DNA of 64,000 nucleotides, taken from Candidatus Shapirobacteria bacterium (GTDB lineage: Bacteria > Patescibacteriota > Microgenomatia > UM-FILTER-40-11). The notes under the pieces are model-generated. The model did no database searches, was not told where the DNA came from, and worked only from the letters and a program-made list of their open reading frames with translations. The translations under genes were made by a program, and so were the position numbers. Shown here piece after piece: positions 10,286 to 18,787 of this stretch (position 1 is the first letter of the stretch; each line of letters starts with the position of its first letter). The DNA is taken from positions 104,301 to 168,300 of the forward strand of contig JAGVBK010000002.1 in NCBI GenBank assembly GCA_020059745.1, in the 5' to 3' direction.

Positions 10286-11086
10286 CTACTCGAACCAAAC
10301 CACTGCGGTCCAGACCTTAACGTGCCCCGGCCCCTTGAATTTGTCTAGGTTTTCCCCAAGAATTGGGTTCCACCCGGTGACCAAGGCATTCTCGGGCACA
10401 GCGAGCATGACAGGGTTTCCACCACTGTTATAGTCAAAGCTGCACCCATCCTTCCGAAGGGCCCAGACACCACCAGTGACAACATTGGCTTGAAGCCAAT
10501 CGATGCTTGGGCAACCCTCGGGTTGGTCCGGAATCGGGAGCCTCGGCAAAGGCGGATTGAACACCACTGGGAGAAACAAAATACTTTCTCCAGGTGTCGG
10601 AACCACCGTTGGCTCGGCGGTTGCCATTGCAGTTGGTTCCGGCGTGGCGGTCGGCGTTGCCGTTACAGTTGGTACTGTAACCGTTGGCTCGGCCGTTGCC
10701 GTGGCGCTCTGTGGCTCAATCCACAGAACCCCGTCCCAAAATTCTCCCGAACCAGGTCCTTCCACCAGAAGGTCTTTTTGGCCCTCCGGCTCCGGCCGCG
10801 GATCCCAACCAGTCATCTTGGATCCACCCGCGGGGACAACGAGCAAGATCGGCTCCTCAAACGGGCCTCTTCCGCTCTCGAAAACAAAATCACAACCTTC
10901 GTCGGGCCCGACTTTCCACATCGAGAGTTCACCCCCGATGTTTTCCGCGACCCACTCGAGATCCGGGCACTCTTGCGGGGGTTCCGGAATGGCAACCTCC
11001 GCTGAGAGCTGGAACGGCAAAACTGCCGCCAGCGCGACCACAACCGCGAGTACAAGACTGCGCTTCATTTCCCCTCCTGGGATCAT
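10286..11086 (-). CDS. secreted protein with internally duplicated Cys-containing domain, hypothetical (GC-rich island)
   Basis: 266 aa. Signal peptide (likely start MKRSLVLAVVV). Two homologous domains (PQECPDLEWV...GCDF...TGWDP and PEGCPSIDWL...GCSF...TGWNP) separated by a T/P/A-rich linker. Confidence 0.6.
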   Translation of the reverse strand: MIPGGEMKRSLVLAVVVALAAVLPFQLSAEVAIPEPPQECPDLEWVAENIGGELSMWKVGPDEGCDFVFESGRGPFEEPILLVVPAGGSKMTGWDPRPEPEGQKDLLVEGPGSGEFWDGVLWIEPQSATATAEPTVTVPTVTATPTATPEPTAMATAEPTVVPTPGESILFLPVVFNPPLPRLPIPDQPEGCPSIDWLQANVVTGGVWALRKDGCSFDYNSGGNPVMLAVPENALVTGWNPILGENLDKFKGPGHVKVWTAVVWFE

Positions 11087-11216
11087 AAGGATGGCAAATA
11101 CTCAATGTGCTTCTGGTCTCACCAGCCAGATTGGCGCTTACGCCTTTCTAGTTATTGAAACCAGAAAAGGAAATTGAACTCCTAGTTTCCTTTCCCGGCT
11201 TCAACCGGAAACTTCT

Positions 11217-11894
11217 TTATTTTTTAAGACGAAGCAGCATGTATCCGGCAAGACCGGCAATTGAGGTTAAAGGGGCAACGAAAAGCAAACTAGAACCTGT
11301 GGCAGGAGTTTCACCTAAAACTTTTTTAACTTTGGTAACACAAACTTTAGAAGTGTCTTCTCTTTCTTCACCGCCGAATTTAGCCCTGACAGTGTTTTTG
11401 ACATCACAGTCAAAATCTTTATCACTCGGAGTGGAAACAACAACTGTTTCAATCTGTTTCTCTTCTGATTCGCCAGGTCCTAAATCTAAAATATCAAAAG
11501 TAAGGCTTCCTGACTCAAGCTTTAACTCAGCCGGAAGAAAGTCTGTAACAGTCACTTTTTCAAAAGTGCTGTTGCTGTTGTTAATGATTTTTATTCTGAA
11601 AATAACTTTTTCGCCAATGCTGAATTTATAGCCTTCAGGAGTAATGTCGGCTAAATTGTCTTCGAACCTTTTGTCAATCGGGCTCCAAACCTTTTTATCT
11701 AAAACAAGCTCTTCAACTTCGGTACAGACTTCGCCGCCGCCGTATAAAGATTCGCAACGGATTGCTCCAAAAGCATTTTTAGGAGAAATAATAAAAGCCG
11801 CAATAAATAAAATTGCGGTTAACAAAGCATGTTTCCTGTCCATTTTCATTTTTATTAAGGCTAAATAATAAAGACATGGCGTATTATAGGGCAT
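11217..11894 (-). CDS. cell-surface DUF11-like protein with C-terminal sortase sorting signal (paralog A)
   Basis: Likely start is MKMDRKH at about 11849. Signal peptide, Cys-rich N-terminus, DUF11-like beta domain (VTVTDFLPAEL). C-terminus is LGETPATG, then a hydrophobic stretch, then RLKK. Confidence 0.65.
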   Translation of the reverse strand: MPYNTPCLYYLALIKMKMDRKHALLTAILFIAAFIISPKNAFGAIRCESLYGGGEVCTEVEELVLDKKVWSPIDKRFEDNLADITPEGYKFSIGEKVIFRIKIINNSNSTFEKVTVTDFLPAELKLESGSLTFDILDLGPGESEEKQIETVVVSTPSDKDFDCDVKNTVRAKFGGEEREDTSKVCVTKVKKVLGETPATGSSLLFVAPLTSIAGLAGYMLLRLKK

Positions 11895-11974
11895 GTTTAT
11901 TGCTTTGTCAACTGCCGATTTCTTGATTTTAGTAAACTTTTAAGAGATAATATCGCCGTTTACTAGAGGATATT

Positions 11975-12730
11975 ATGGAAATAATTCTTTTTGATTCATC
12001 CTGGGAAAAGGAAAAAATAATACCGGTTGATATTCCGGTTCCTAAACCTGTGGAACCAAAAATTTCTTCTTCTTTCCCTTTCGCAAAATTTGCCAGAGGC
12101 CTTGCTTTGGGCTTAATCGGCATTTCTCTTTTTGTTTTTGGCGCAGCAGTTTTGCCAATAATCAAGCTGGAATTAAGCTACCGCCTTAATCCTAAAAATG
12201 AAGCTGAAGCAAGAGAATACTTTCCCAAAACTCCAAGTTATGAGGTTGCCTTAGAAAACAAAAAGCAGCTTGCCTCACAAGAAGCAGCCAAATACGGGGT
12301 TGATACAGATTTTTCTCTGGTCATCCCTAAAATTTCTGCTACCTCAAAAATCATTGCCAATGTGGACCCGGCAGACGAAAATAAATACAAAGCTGCTCTT
12401 AAAAATGGAGTTGCCCACGCCAGCGGCACCAAATTCCCTGGCAGCAAAGGCACTATTTATCTTTTTGCCCATTCCACCAACACTTTAGTTAATGTTTCCC
12501 GCTACAATGCTGTCTTTTATCTAGTTAAAGAGCTGGAACCCGGAGACCAGGTTATCATCTTTTTTGCCGGTCTAAAATATTCGTACCGGGTAACCGAAAA
12601 GGTCATCACTACTCCAGAAGATTTATCTTTGATAAAAGACAACCAATCAACTGAAAAGCTAATTCTTCAAACCTGTTGGCCGCCGGGAACAACCTTAAAA
12701 CGGCTCATGGTTGTAGCAGAAAGAATTTAA
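11975..12730 (+). CDS. sortase (paralog A)
   Basis: 251 aa. N-terminal membrane anchor, catalytic His in LFAHS, catalytic Cys in LILQTCWP (TLxTC-like), conserved Arg downstream. Divergently paired with its substrate gene. Confidence 0.8.
   Translation: MEIILFDSSWEKEKIIPVDIPVPKPVEPKISSSFPFAKFARGLALGLIGISLFVFGAAVLPIIKLELSYRLNPKNEAEAREYFPKTPSYEVALENKKQLASQEAAKYGVDTDFSLVIPKISATSKIIANVDPADENKYKAALKNGVAHASGTKFPGSKGTIYLFAHSTNTLVNVSRYNAVFYLVKELEPGDQVIIFFAGLKYSYRVTEKVITTPEDLSLIKDNQSTEKLILQTCWPPGTTLKRLMVVAERI
12281..12395. repeat. near-identical 115-bp tract shared by the two sortase paralogs (second copy at 13871-13985)
   Basis: gaagcagccaaatacggggttgatacagatttttctctggtcatccc... is about 98% identical between copies, while the flanking gene sequence has diverged. 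Further short identical tracts lie near the catalytic Cys codons (12650-12690 and 14250-14290). Confidence 0.8.
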
Positions 12731-12845
12731 CTTTCCATTTAAAAGTTCCCGAAATTAGTTTTCAAAGAGCTTAAATTGAAAATAATGGTTGGGGTTTAGA
12801 GCAGTTTTAGAAGCATGTAACAACATGGTAATAACTTTGTTAAAG

Positions 12846-13490
12846 CTATCTTCTTTTACCAAAGAAGACCAAGGCCAGACCCAAGAGTCCGTTTACTAAA
12901 GAAAGACCCAAAGTTGCTGGCATGGCACCGCTTCCGGTTTTCGGTAAAACCGTTGGTTTCCTCTCAACAACTTCTCGTCTGCTTACGCAAATTCTTGAGG
13001 TATCTTTATCCTCAATTCCGTCAGCTTTAACCGCTACTTCGTTAAAATCACAGATAACATCCTTATCTTTTGGAAATCTGCCTTCACTTACTACCCTTAC
13101 CCTGATATCCCTTTCCTCCACTTCATTGCGGTCAAAATCTGTAATATCAAAATCCAAATCTCCAGAAACAAACTCTAAAAATGAAGGAAGAGTATCTCTT
13201 ACCTCAACCCTGTCAAAGTCTCTTTCTCCTGTATTTTCCACCCTAATCCTGAAAACAACTTCATCCCCGGAAAAAAACTCATGGTCAGTAAAATCAAGGT
13301 TGTCAACAAAACGGCCGTCTCTTGGGTCCTGCACTTTTTTGTCAACATCAATTTCAATCGGCGGGCAAACATCATACTGAGGCTCACAAATATCAGAAGC
13401 AGCCGCATCTTTCCTCAAAACAAAAAAAAATGAAGCGGATAAAAAGATTAAGCCAAGTTTTCTTAATGTCATTTTGCTTACAATTTCCAT
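12846..13490 (-). CDS. cell-surface DUF11-like protein with LPKTG sorting signal (paralog B)
   Basis: C-terminal VLPKTGSGA, then a hydrophobic helix, then GKRR. N-terminal signal peptide (likely start MTLRKLG). DUF11-like domain (VEVRDTLPSFLEF). Confidence 0.75.
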   Translation of the reverse strand: MEIVSKMTLRKLGLIFLSASFFFVLRKDAAASDICEPQYDVCPPIEIDVDKKVQDPRDGRFVDNLDFTDHEFFSGDEVVFRIRVENTGERDFDRVEVRDTLPSFLEFVSGDLDFDITDFDRNEVEERDIRVRVVSEGRFPKDKDVICDFNEVAVKADGIEDKDTSRICVSRREVVERKPTVLPKTGSGAMPATLGLSLVNGLLGLALVFFGKRR

Positions 13491-13603
13491 TTCTATTTAT
13501 TATTCACAGGGTGCCAAATCGTGTCAAGCAGAAAGAAACATTTTTAGTTCAAATTTATTTTTTTAGCTTGAATTTCCTAGCTTTTTTTTAATATAAACAG
13601 AGT

Positions 13604-14320
13604 ATGGAAATAATTCTTTATGAGGCTAAAGATAAAAAAAGCCTTGTTTTAAAAGAGTTTACAAAACTTTCTTTCATAAACTCCAAAGCCGCAGCCGAAT
13701 ACCTGGGCTACAGCTTTCTTGCCGCCTCCTTAATGTTTCTATTGGTCGGCTTTGCCCCGATTATTAAAGAAGAAGCAAAATATCAACTAAAAAGACTTTT
13801 TACTTTCTCTGCTCCGGAGGCAAGCGTTGAAAGTGTTTTTTTTGAAAACTCAAAAAAAATTGTTGAAGAGGAAGCAGCCAAATACGGGGTTGATACAGAT
13901 TTTTCTCTGGTCATCCCCAAAATTTCTGCAACCTCAAAAATCATTGCCAATGTGGACCCGGCAGACGAAAATAAATACAAAGAACTTCTAAAAACCGGAG
14001 TGGCACACGCGACAGGCACAAAGTTTCCCGGAAACAATGGCACTATTTATCTTTTTGCCCATTCCACCAACAACCCGGAAAACATTGTCCGCTACAATGC
14101 GGTTTTTTACCTTTTAAAAGAACTTGAGCCTGAAGATGAAGTCATTGTTTTTTTTGCCGGCCAAAAATTTGTCTATAAAGTTACCAAAAACTTTATTGCC
14201 GAAGCCGGTGACCTAAAATGGCTCTCGGGAGATGAGAATGAAGAAAAGCTAATTCTTCAAACCTGTTGGCCGCCGGGGACAACTTTCAAACGGCTCATTG
14301 TTGAAGCTAAACCTTTATAA
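13604..14320 (+). CDS. sortase (paralog B)
   Basis: 238 aa. LFAHS and LILQTCWPPGT motifs. Shares near-identical DNA tracts of about 115 bp with paralog A. Confidence 0.8.
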   Translation: MEIILYEAKDKKSLVLKEFTKLSFINSKAAAEYLGYSFLAASLMFLLVGFAPIIKEEAKYQLKRLFTFSAPEASVESVFFENSKKIVEEEAAKYGVDTDFSLVIPKISATSKIIANVDPADENKYKELLKTGVAHATGTKFPGNNGTIYLFAHSTNNPENIVRYNAVFYLLKELEPEDEVIVFFAGQKFVYKVTKNFIAEAGDLKWLSGDENEEKLILQTCWPPGTTFKRLIVEAKPL

Positions 14321-14359
14321 AGGTCTTTCTTAAAGAAAGCTTCATTTTATGTTAAAATA

Positions 14360-16528
14360 TTGATGGACAGAAACCAAATGACTGGAGAAGAATTACCTTT
14401 CTCATTGATTGAGATCCGTTTACCTAAATCAAGCGAAAAAACCCCGGAAGCGGCGGCTCAGCTTTTTGCGGCCTTTTCCTCCCTTCCTAAAAAGTCTTTT
14501 TTGTCTTTTAAACCTCCAGTAAGCATTTGTTTTGAAATTGTTTGTGTTGACCAGGTCGTCCATTTTCTCATTTCCTGCCCTAAGGAAATGAAAGGTTATG
14601 TTGAAAGCCAGCTTTCTGCCCAATATCCGGAAAGCATCCTTCTGGAAATTCCCAAAGATTATCTTGCCGGCTACACCCAAAACTCAAACCCAAACCTGGG
14701 CCAGCTTACTTTATCAAACAGCTTTTATCTGCCTTTGCGAACCTATAAGGAAGTTAAAGACTCTGATCTTATTTCTTCTGTTTTGGGCGCTATGTCCAAA
14801 GCCGGGCCGGAAGATTTTATGGCTATCCAATTTATTATCGCCCAAGCCGGTAACTGGCAAGGCTATGCCCAGGGAATCATTGACAGAGGAATCCCCTCAG
14901 GAGAGGAAGGAAAAACTCTTCCCCACCCCCAGGCAAAACACATTGCTGAAAAAATAAGCAGCGGTGGCTTTTGGACCGCCATAAGAATCATTGCCAGTTC
15001 AGAAGAACTTCTAAGAAATATTTCCAATTCCTTTTCTTCCTACCAAAGCGATGTCAATGGCTTAAAACTTAAAAAAATAAGCCCGAGAAACAAAAAAAAG
15101 CTGCTTGAATCTTGTCTCAAAAGGTCTTTCGAAATGGCTCCTGCTAACCAGGTTCTTAACCTTGACGAGCTCGCTTCTCTTTGGCACCCTCCATCAAAGC
15201 ATTTGTCGGGCATTAAAAACATCATGTGGACACAAACCATTATGAGTGAGCCTCCCCTAAACCTGCCTACAGCAATCGACCTTAATGAAGCTGACAAAAA
15301 AGAAATCAATTTCATAGCCCGGACTGAGCATAAAAACAAGGTGGCAACCTTTGGCATTAAGAAAAAAGACCGTAGAAGGCATGTTTACATTATCGGGAAA
15401 AGCGGTACCGGAAAATCAACTTTAATTGCCAATATGGCCATAAACGACTTAAGGAACCGGGAAGGTCTGGCAGTTATTGATCCTCACGGCGATTTAACTG
15501 AAATTCTTTTGGATTATATTCCCTCTTTTAGGATAAACGAAACTTGCTATCTTGACCCGAGCGACACCGCCAACCCTTTTCATCTTAATCCCCTTGAGGT
15601 TAAAAACCCGGCCCATAGAGAACTTGTGGCCTCGAATATTGTCGCCATTTTTTATAAGCTCTACCACTATTCCTGGGGGCCAAGGCTTGAATACATTTTA
15701 AGAAATACAATCCTGACTTTACTGCAAACCCCGCAGCCAACACTTCTTCAGATTACGGAAATGCTTTCCAATAAAAACTTCAGGAAAAGAGTGGTTGATA
15801 ACCTCAATGACCCGGTCTTAAAAAGCTTCTGGGTTAATGAGTTTGAAAAAATGTCTGAAAAAATGATGAATGAAGCGGTTTCTCCGATTTTAAATAAAGT
15901 CGGCCAGTTTACTTCCTCTCCCACCATCAGACAAATTGTCGGCTCTTATCACTCAACAGTTGACCTTGAGGGTATCATGAATTCCGGCAAAGTTTTGCTT
16001 GTTAACCTTTCCCAAGGAAAAATTGGAGAAGACAATGCTGCGCTTTTAGGTGCCATGATTATTACCCAGCTTCAACTGGCGGCCATGAACAGGATTAATG
16101 TTGCTGAAGAACAAAGGAGAGATTTTTATCTTTATGTTGACGAGTTTCAAAACTTTGCCACCAGTGCCTTTGTTAAAATACTTTCTGAGGCAAGAAAATA
16201 CCGCTTAGACCTTTGTCTGGCAAATCAGTATGTCGGCCAGCTTGAAGAAGACCTGCAAAAAGCAATTTTCGGGAATGCGGGAACTTTAATTTCTTTTGTT
16301 GTCGGTGCCGGAGATGCAGGCTACATGGCCCAGGAATTCGGCCAGATTTATAAAGAAGAAGATTTAGTTAATCTGGGCATGTATCAGGTGGCAATGAAGC
16401 TTTGCATCGACAACTTAACATCTTCTCCGTTTTTGGCTACCACCATGCCTCTTCCAAGATGCAAAAACCAAAACAGGTCAAAAGTGCTTAAGGTCTCCAA
16501 GGAAAGACACACGGTCAAGCAAAAATAA
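14360..16528 (+). CDS. VirD4/TrwB/TraD-like P-loop ATPase (coupling-protein-like), no TM segments
   Basis: 722 aa. Walker A IIGKSGTGKST followed by VIDPHGD, as in TrwB/TraG. Walker B LYVDEFQNF. Arg/Gln sensor region EARKYRLDLCLANQ. N-terminal roughly 340-aa domain of unknown function. Confidence 0.65.
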   Translation: MMDRNQMTGEELPFSLIEIRLPKSSEKTPEAAAQLFAAFSSLPKKSFLSFKPPVSICFEIVCVDQVVHFLISCPKEMKGYVESQLSAQYPESILLEIPKDYLAGYTQNSNPNLGQLTLSNSFYLPLRTYKEVKDSDLISSVLGAMSKAGPEDFMAIQFIIAQAGNWQGYAQGIIDRGIPSGEEGKTLPHPQAKHIAEKISSGGFWTAIRIIASSEELLRNISNSFSSYQSDVNGLKLKKISPRNKKKLLESCLKRSFEMAPANQVLNLDELASLWHPPSKHLSGIKNIMWTQTIMSEPPLNLPTAIDLNEADKKEINFIARTEHKNKVATFGIKKKDRRRHVYIIGKSGTGKSTLIANMAINDLRNREGLAVIDPHGDLTEILLDYIPSFRINETCYLDPSDTANPFHLNPLEVKNPAHRELVASNIVAIFYKLYHYSWGPRLEYILRNTILTLLQTPQPTLLQITEMLSNKNFRKRVVDNLNDPVLKSFWVNEFEKMSEKMMNEAVSPILNKVGQFTSSPTIRQIVGSYHSTVDLEGIMNSGKVLLVNLSQGKIGEDNAALLGAMIITQLQLAAMNRINVAEEQRRDFYLYVDEFQNFATSAFVKILSEARKYRLDLCLANQYVGQLEEDLQKAIFGNAGTLISFVVGAGDAGYMAQEFGQIYKEEDLVNLGMYQVAMKLCIDNLTSSPFLATTMPLPRCKNQNRSKVLKVSKERHTVKQK

Positions 16529-16531
16529 AAA

Positions 16532-16888
16532 CTAGGTTCTTCTTCTGGAAAAATTCAGAAACCGGCAACCATATCTTTTCCTGTGTTCCAAACCCTCCTT
16601 AACCTTACCGCTCATATGGGTGCAGGGCGCGCCCTTACCGGAAGTAATTACTTCAAACAACCTAGCTTTATCTTCTCCTGACAAAAACTCACTTTGCCTT
16701 AGCCTTTCAATTTCCGAAAGCGCTTCAGAAGATAAAGATATGTGGCTGCCAAATTGCTTTTCAATCCTTAAAAGTATTCCACCAAGCATGCCATTACCTC
16801 CCTCCTCAAAATAGCTTTTAACAAATTTTCCAAGCGGTCTAGCGGCAAGATCGCCAGATATTCTCTCAGGTCTCATAGTAATTTTCAT
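16532..16888 (-). CDS. hypothetical protein
   Basis: 118-aa ORF (likely start MRPER). No recognisable motif. Lies directly downstream of a minus-strand intrinsic terminator and candidate leader. Confidence 0.4.
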   Translation of the reverse strand: MKITMRPERISGDLAARPLGKFVKSYFEEGGNGMLGGILLRIEKQFGSHISLSSEALSEIERLRQSEFLSGEDKARLFEVITSGKGAPCTHMSGKVKEGLEHRKRYGCRFLNFSRRRT

Positions 16889-16920
16889 TATAGCAGTTTA
16901 GCTGAGATTTTTTCCAACAA

Positions 16921-17245
16921 AAAATCCGCCTATTCGGCGGACTTCTTGAAAACAATCGAGAGCCAGAGAGAGAATTTGGATTTGCGGGAAACGCTGGCTT
17001 AGCCAACGAATCTCATCCTCTTTCCTCTCTGGCTCTCACCTCCCCAAAGGGAGAAGATAAAGACATCGGACAAAACCTTCTTCTCATTCTCTCCTCTCCA
17101 GCAGCCATTGATGGAAAAGAAAGGTTTCCTGTGCCCCAGCTCACAGTTAGAGATTGGGTTTCTCCTAGTCTTTTTTTTAAAGGACTCCGCACAAAAAAAC
17201 ACTTTCTGCTTTCTTAGGAAGTGTTTGTGAGGAAGATAATAATAA
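16921..17245 (-). ncRNA. candidate structured ncRNA or long leader (unit 1) with sigma70 promoter and intrinsic terminator
   Basis: On the minus strand: TTGACA (17267-17262), 17-bp spacer, TGTTATTAT extended -10 (17244-17239). About 310 nt with no credible ORF and dense in hairpins. Ends in CCGCCGAATAGGCGG plus a U-tract (16946-16921). Identity unknown. Confidence 0.45.
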
Positions 17246-17277
17246 CAAATGCTATTTTTCTTGTCAAGCCCAACAAA

Positions 17278-17700
17278 AAACCCGCCTATTCGGCGAGTTC
17301 TTTGAGAAAACAAGGGAAAACGGATGGGGTCGGGGGAAGGCAACAATACATCAAGTGGTTTTAAAAACCCACAAAATGTATCTTTACCTTCCCGGGTTCC
17401 CCTTACCCTCCCGTTTGACGGGACCGACAGTTGCTTCTCTTTGGTTTGGTAAAAATACACCTTGCCTGGAGAAGCTGGCCCGCTTTAAGCGGAGCCAAAG
17501 GAAGTAGTCCGAGGATATCTGCGAATAAAAGGCAAAATCCCTCCTTTCCTTCAATCACTGCAGTGGCGGATACAACGCCGGGTCGGGGTAACCAAGCTTT
17601 TGTCTTTTGGGTCAGCTTGGTTTTTTAATCCGTTTTCCCTTTTAAAAGAACAAAACATTCTTACCTTTGCTTATAAAGATAAGAAAAATGACACTAAATA
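17278..17700 (-). ncRNA. candidate structured ncRNA (unit 2), homologous to unit 1
   Basis: Same terminator motif (CCGCCGAATAGGCGGG + U-tract at 17300-17278). Homologous upstream box (ATAGCATTT) and TTGACA at 17730-17725. GC-rich hairpins and 5'/3' complementary ends (GGGAAAACGG / CCGTTTTCCC). No ORF. Confidence 0.35.
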
Positions 17701-17744
17701 AATGCTATATAATTTTTTATTTTCTGTCAATATACACCTTGTGC

Positions 17745-18068
17745 CTAAACCTTTGTCCAGCCGGTTTTTTCAAGCTGGCTTATAAGCTGGGGACAATCGC
17801 CTTCTGTAGTAAGCTGCATCACGAAAGCTCCGGTGTCGGTAACCACCTCGCAGATTTCACCTACTTTTCTGCCCTCTTTATAAAGACAAAGACCGCCTTT
17901 TCTTTCCGTAATCTGCTCAGTGCCATGCCCATTTTGCCGAGAAAATCTGACTTCATGATACTCGTTTCCCTTATCGTTCCAAAAGTTTCCATTGCAGTTT
18001 TCGCTAAAGATACAGTGGTTTATAATCCAAACTGAAGGTTGAAAGTGTCCATTTTCAGGACTTAGCAT
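17745..18068 (-). CDS. hypothetical protein
   Basis: 107-aa ORF with more protein-like composition than the overlapping plus-strand ORF. No recognisable motif. Confidence 0.3.
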   Translation of the reverse strand: MLSPENGHFQPSVWIINHCIFSENCNGNFWNDKGNEYHEVRFSRQNGHGTEQITERKGGLCLYKEGRKVGEICEVVTDTGAFVMQLTTEGDCPQLISQLEKTGWTKV

Positions 18069-18201
18069 AATTAATTTTGATATTTTTCAACAAAAATTTC
18101 AATTATCAAATTAAGCCATAAAAATTGACATTATAGGATATTTATGATAAATTTCTGCCCATCCGTTCATTACGGTATGCACATTCACAACAGGAGGTAC
18201 A

Positions 18202-18729
18202 ATGTACATCCGGGAGTTGCCCGCAGTTGGAGAGCTAGCAAAAGTGCAGGCTCAAATCGTCCGGTATGTTCTGCTCACGATTTTTTTCGGATCTCTCCTT
18301 TTTCTCTCTGCCGCTCTTTTCGGCTCCGACATTGTTTGGAGCTGGGATGGCTTTGATCCCTTCTTGGGAGAAAGAGCCATCGAGGGCCTGGCAATCTCAT
18401 TTCTTACCTCTGGGCTGGAAATGCTCAGGGGCATATTGGTTGCAGGAGAAGTAGTAAAAAGGAAATCGCCCGAGTACTACCTTTTGTGCATCCTTGAAGC
18501 AGTTGCCTATGTAGTTGATATCATTACCAACTACTTGGGCATATCTGTACGGCGAGGAGAGTCGGCCTGGGGCTGGACGAGCGACAATGCTGTCGCCACT
18601 ATAGTCAAGGCAGGACTGGCCATCGTCGTCAGCTTCATGGAAATGTTTGTGTTCTGGTTTGCTGAGGCAACGGCTGTTTGCTCGAAATCTCTACAGGCTG
18701 CTGTAGAAACAAAAAAGCAACTGTCCTAG
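18202..18729 (+). CDS. hypothetical membrane protein (GC-rich islet)
   Basis: 175 aa with 3-4 TM helices. About 52% GC. Upstream promoter-like TTGACA-N17-ATAAAT at 18126-18154. Stem-loop at 18741-18780. Confidence 0.5.
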   Translation: MYIRELPAVGELAKVQAQIVRYVLLTIFFGSLLFLSAALFGSDIVWSWDGFDPFLGERAIEGLAISFLTSGLEMLRGILVAGEVVKRKSPEYYLLCILEAVAYVVDIITNYLGISVRRGESAWGWTSDNAVATIVKAGLAIVVSFMEMFVFWFAEATAVCSKSLQAAVETKKQLS

Positions 18730-18787
18730 CCTCATACCTAAGAGAGGGGGTCTCTTGTTTTTTTTGAGGGACCCTCTCTCGCCTTGC

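Noticed and set aside
8354-11177. Numerous plus-strand ORFs inside the GC-rich island (for example 10490-11005, 10503-11177, 10684-11088, 9310-9802)
   Set aside because: Antisense shadows of the three minus-strand genes. High GC removes stop codons in all frames. The translations are Arg/Pro/Gly-rich with no signal or domain structure, unlike the minus-strand products.
16999-17460. 153-aa minus-strand ORF spanning the ncRNA-like region, and the 17667-18035 plus-strand ORF
   Set aside because: Low-complexity, stop-free translations of structured GC-rich or hairpin DNA. No RBS. They cross two intrinsic terminators and a promoter. They overlap better-supported features.
18737-18780. Bidirectional intrinsic terminator between the 18202-18729 gene and frr
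   Set aside because: An imperfect stem-loop is present, but the U-run lies within the loop rather than 3' of the stem on either strand. It is not a canonical terminator, so I list it only as a stem-loop in the evidence for the neighbouring gene.
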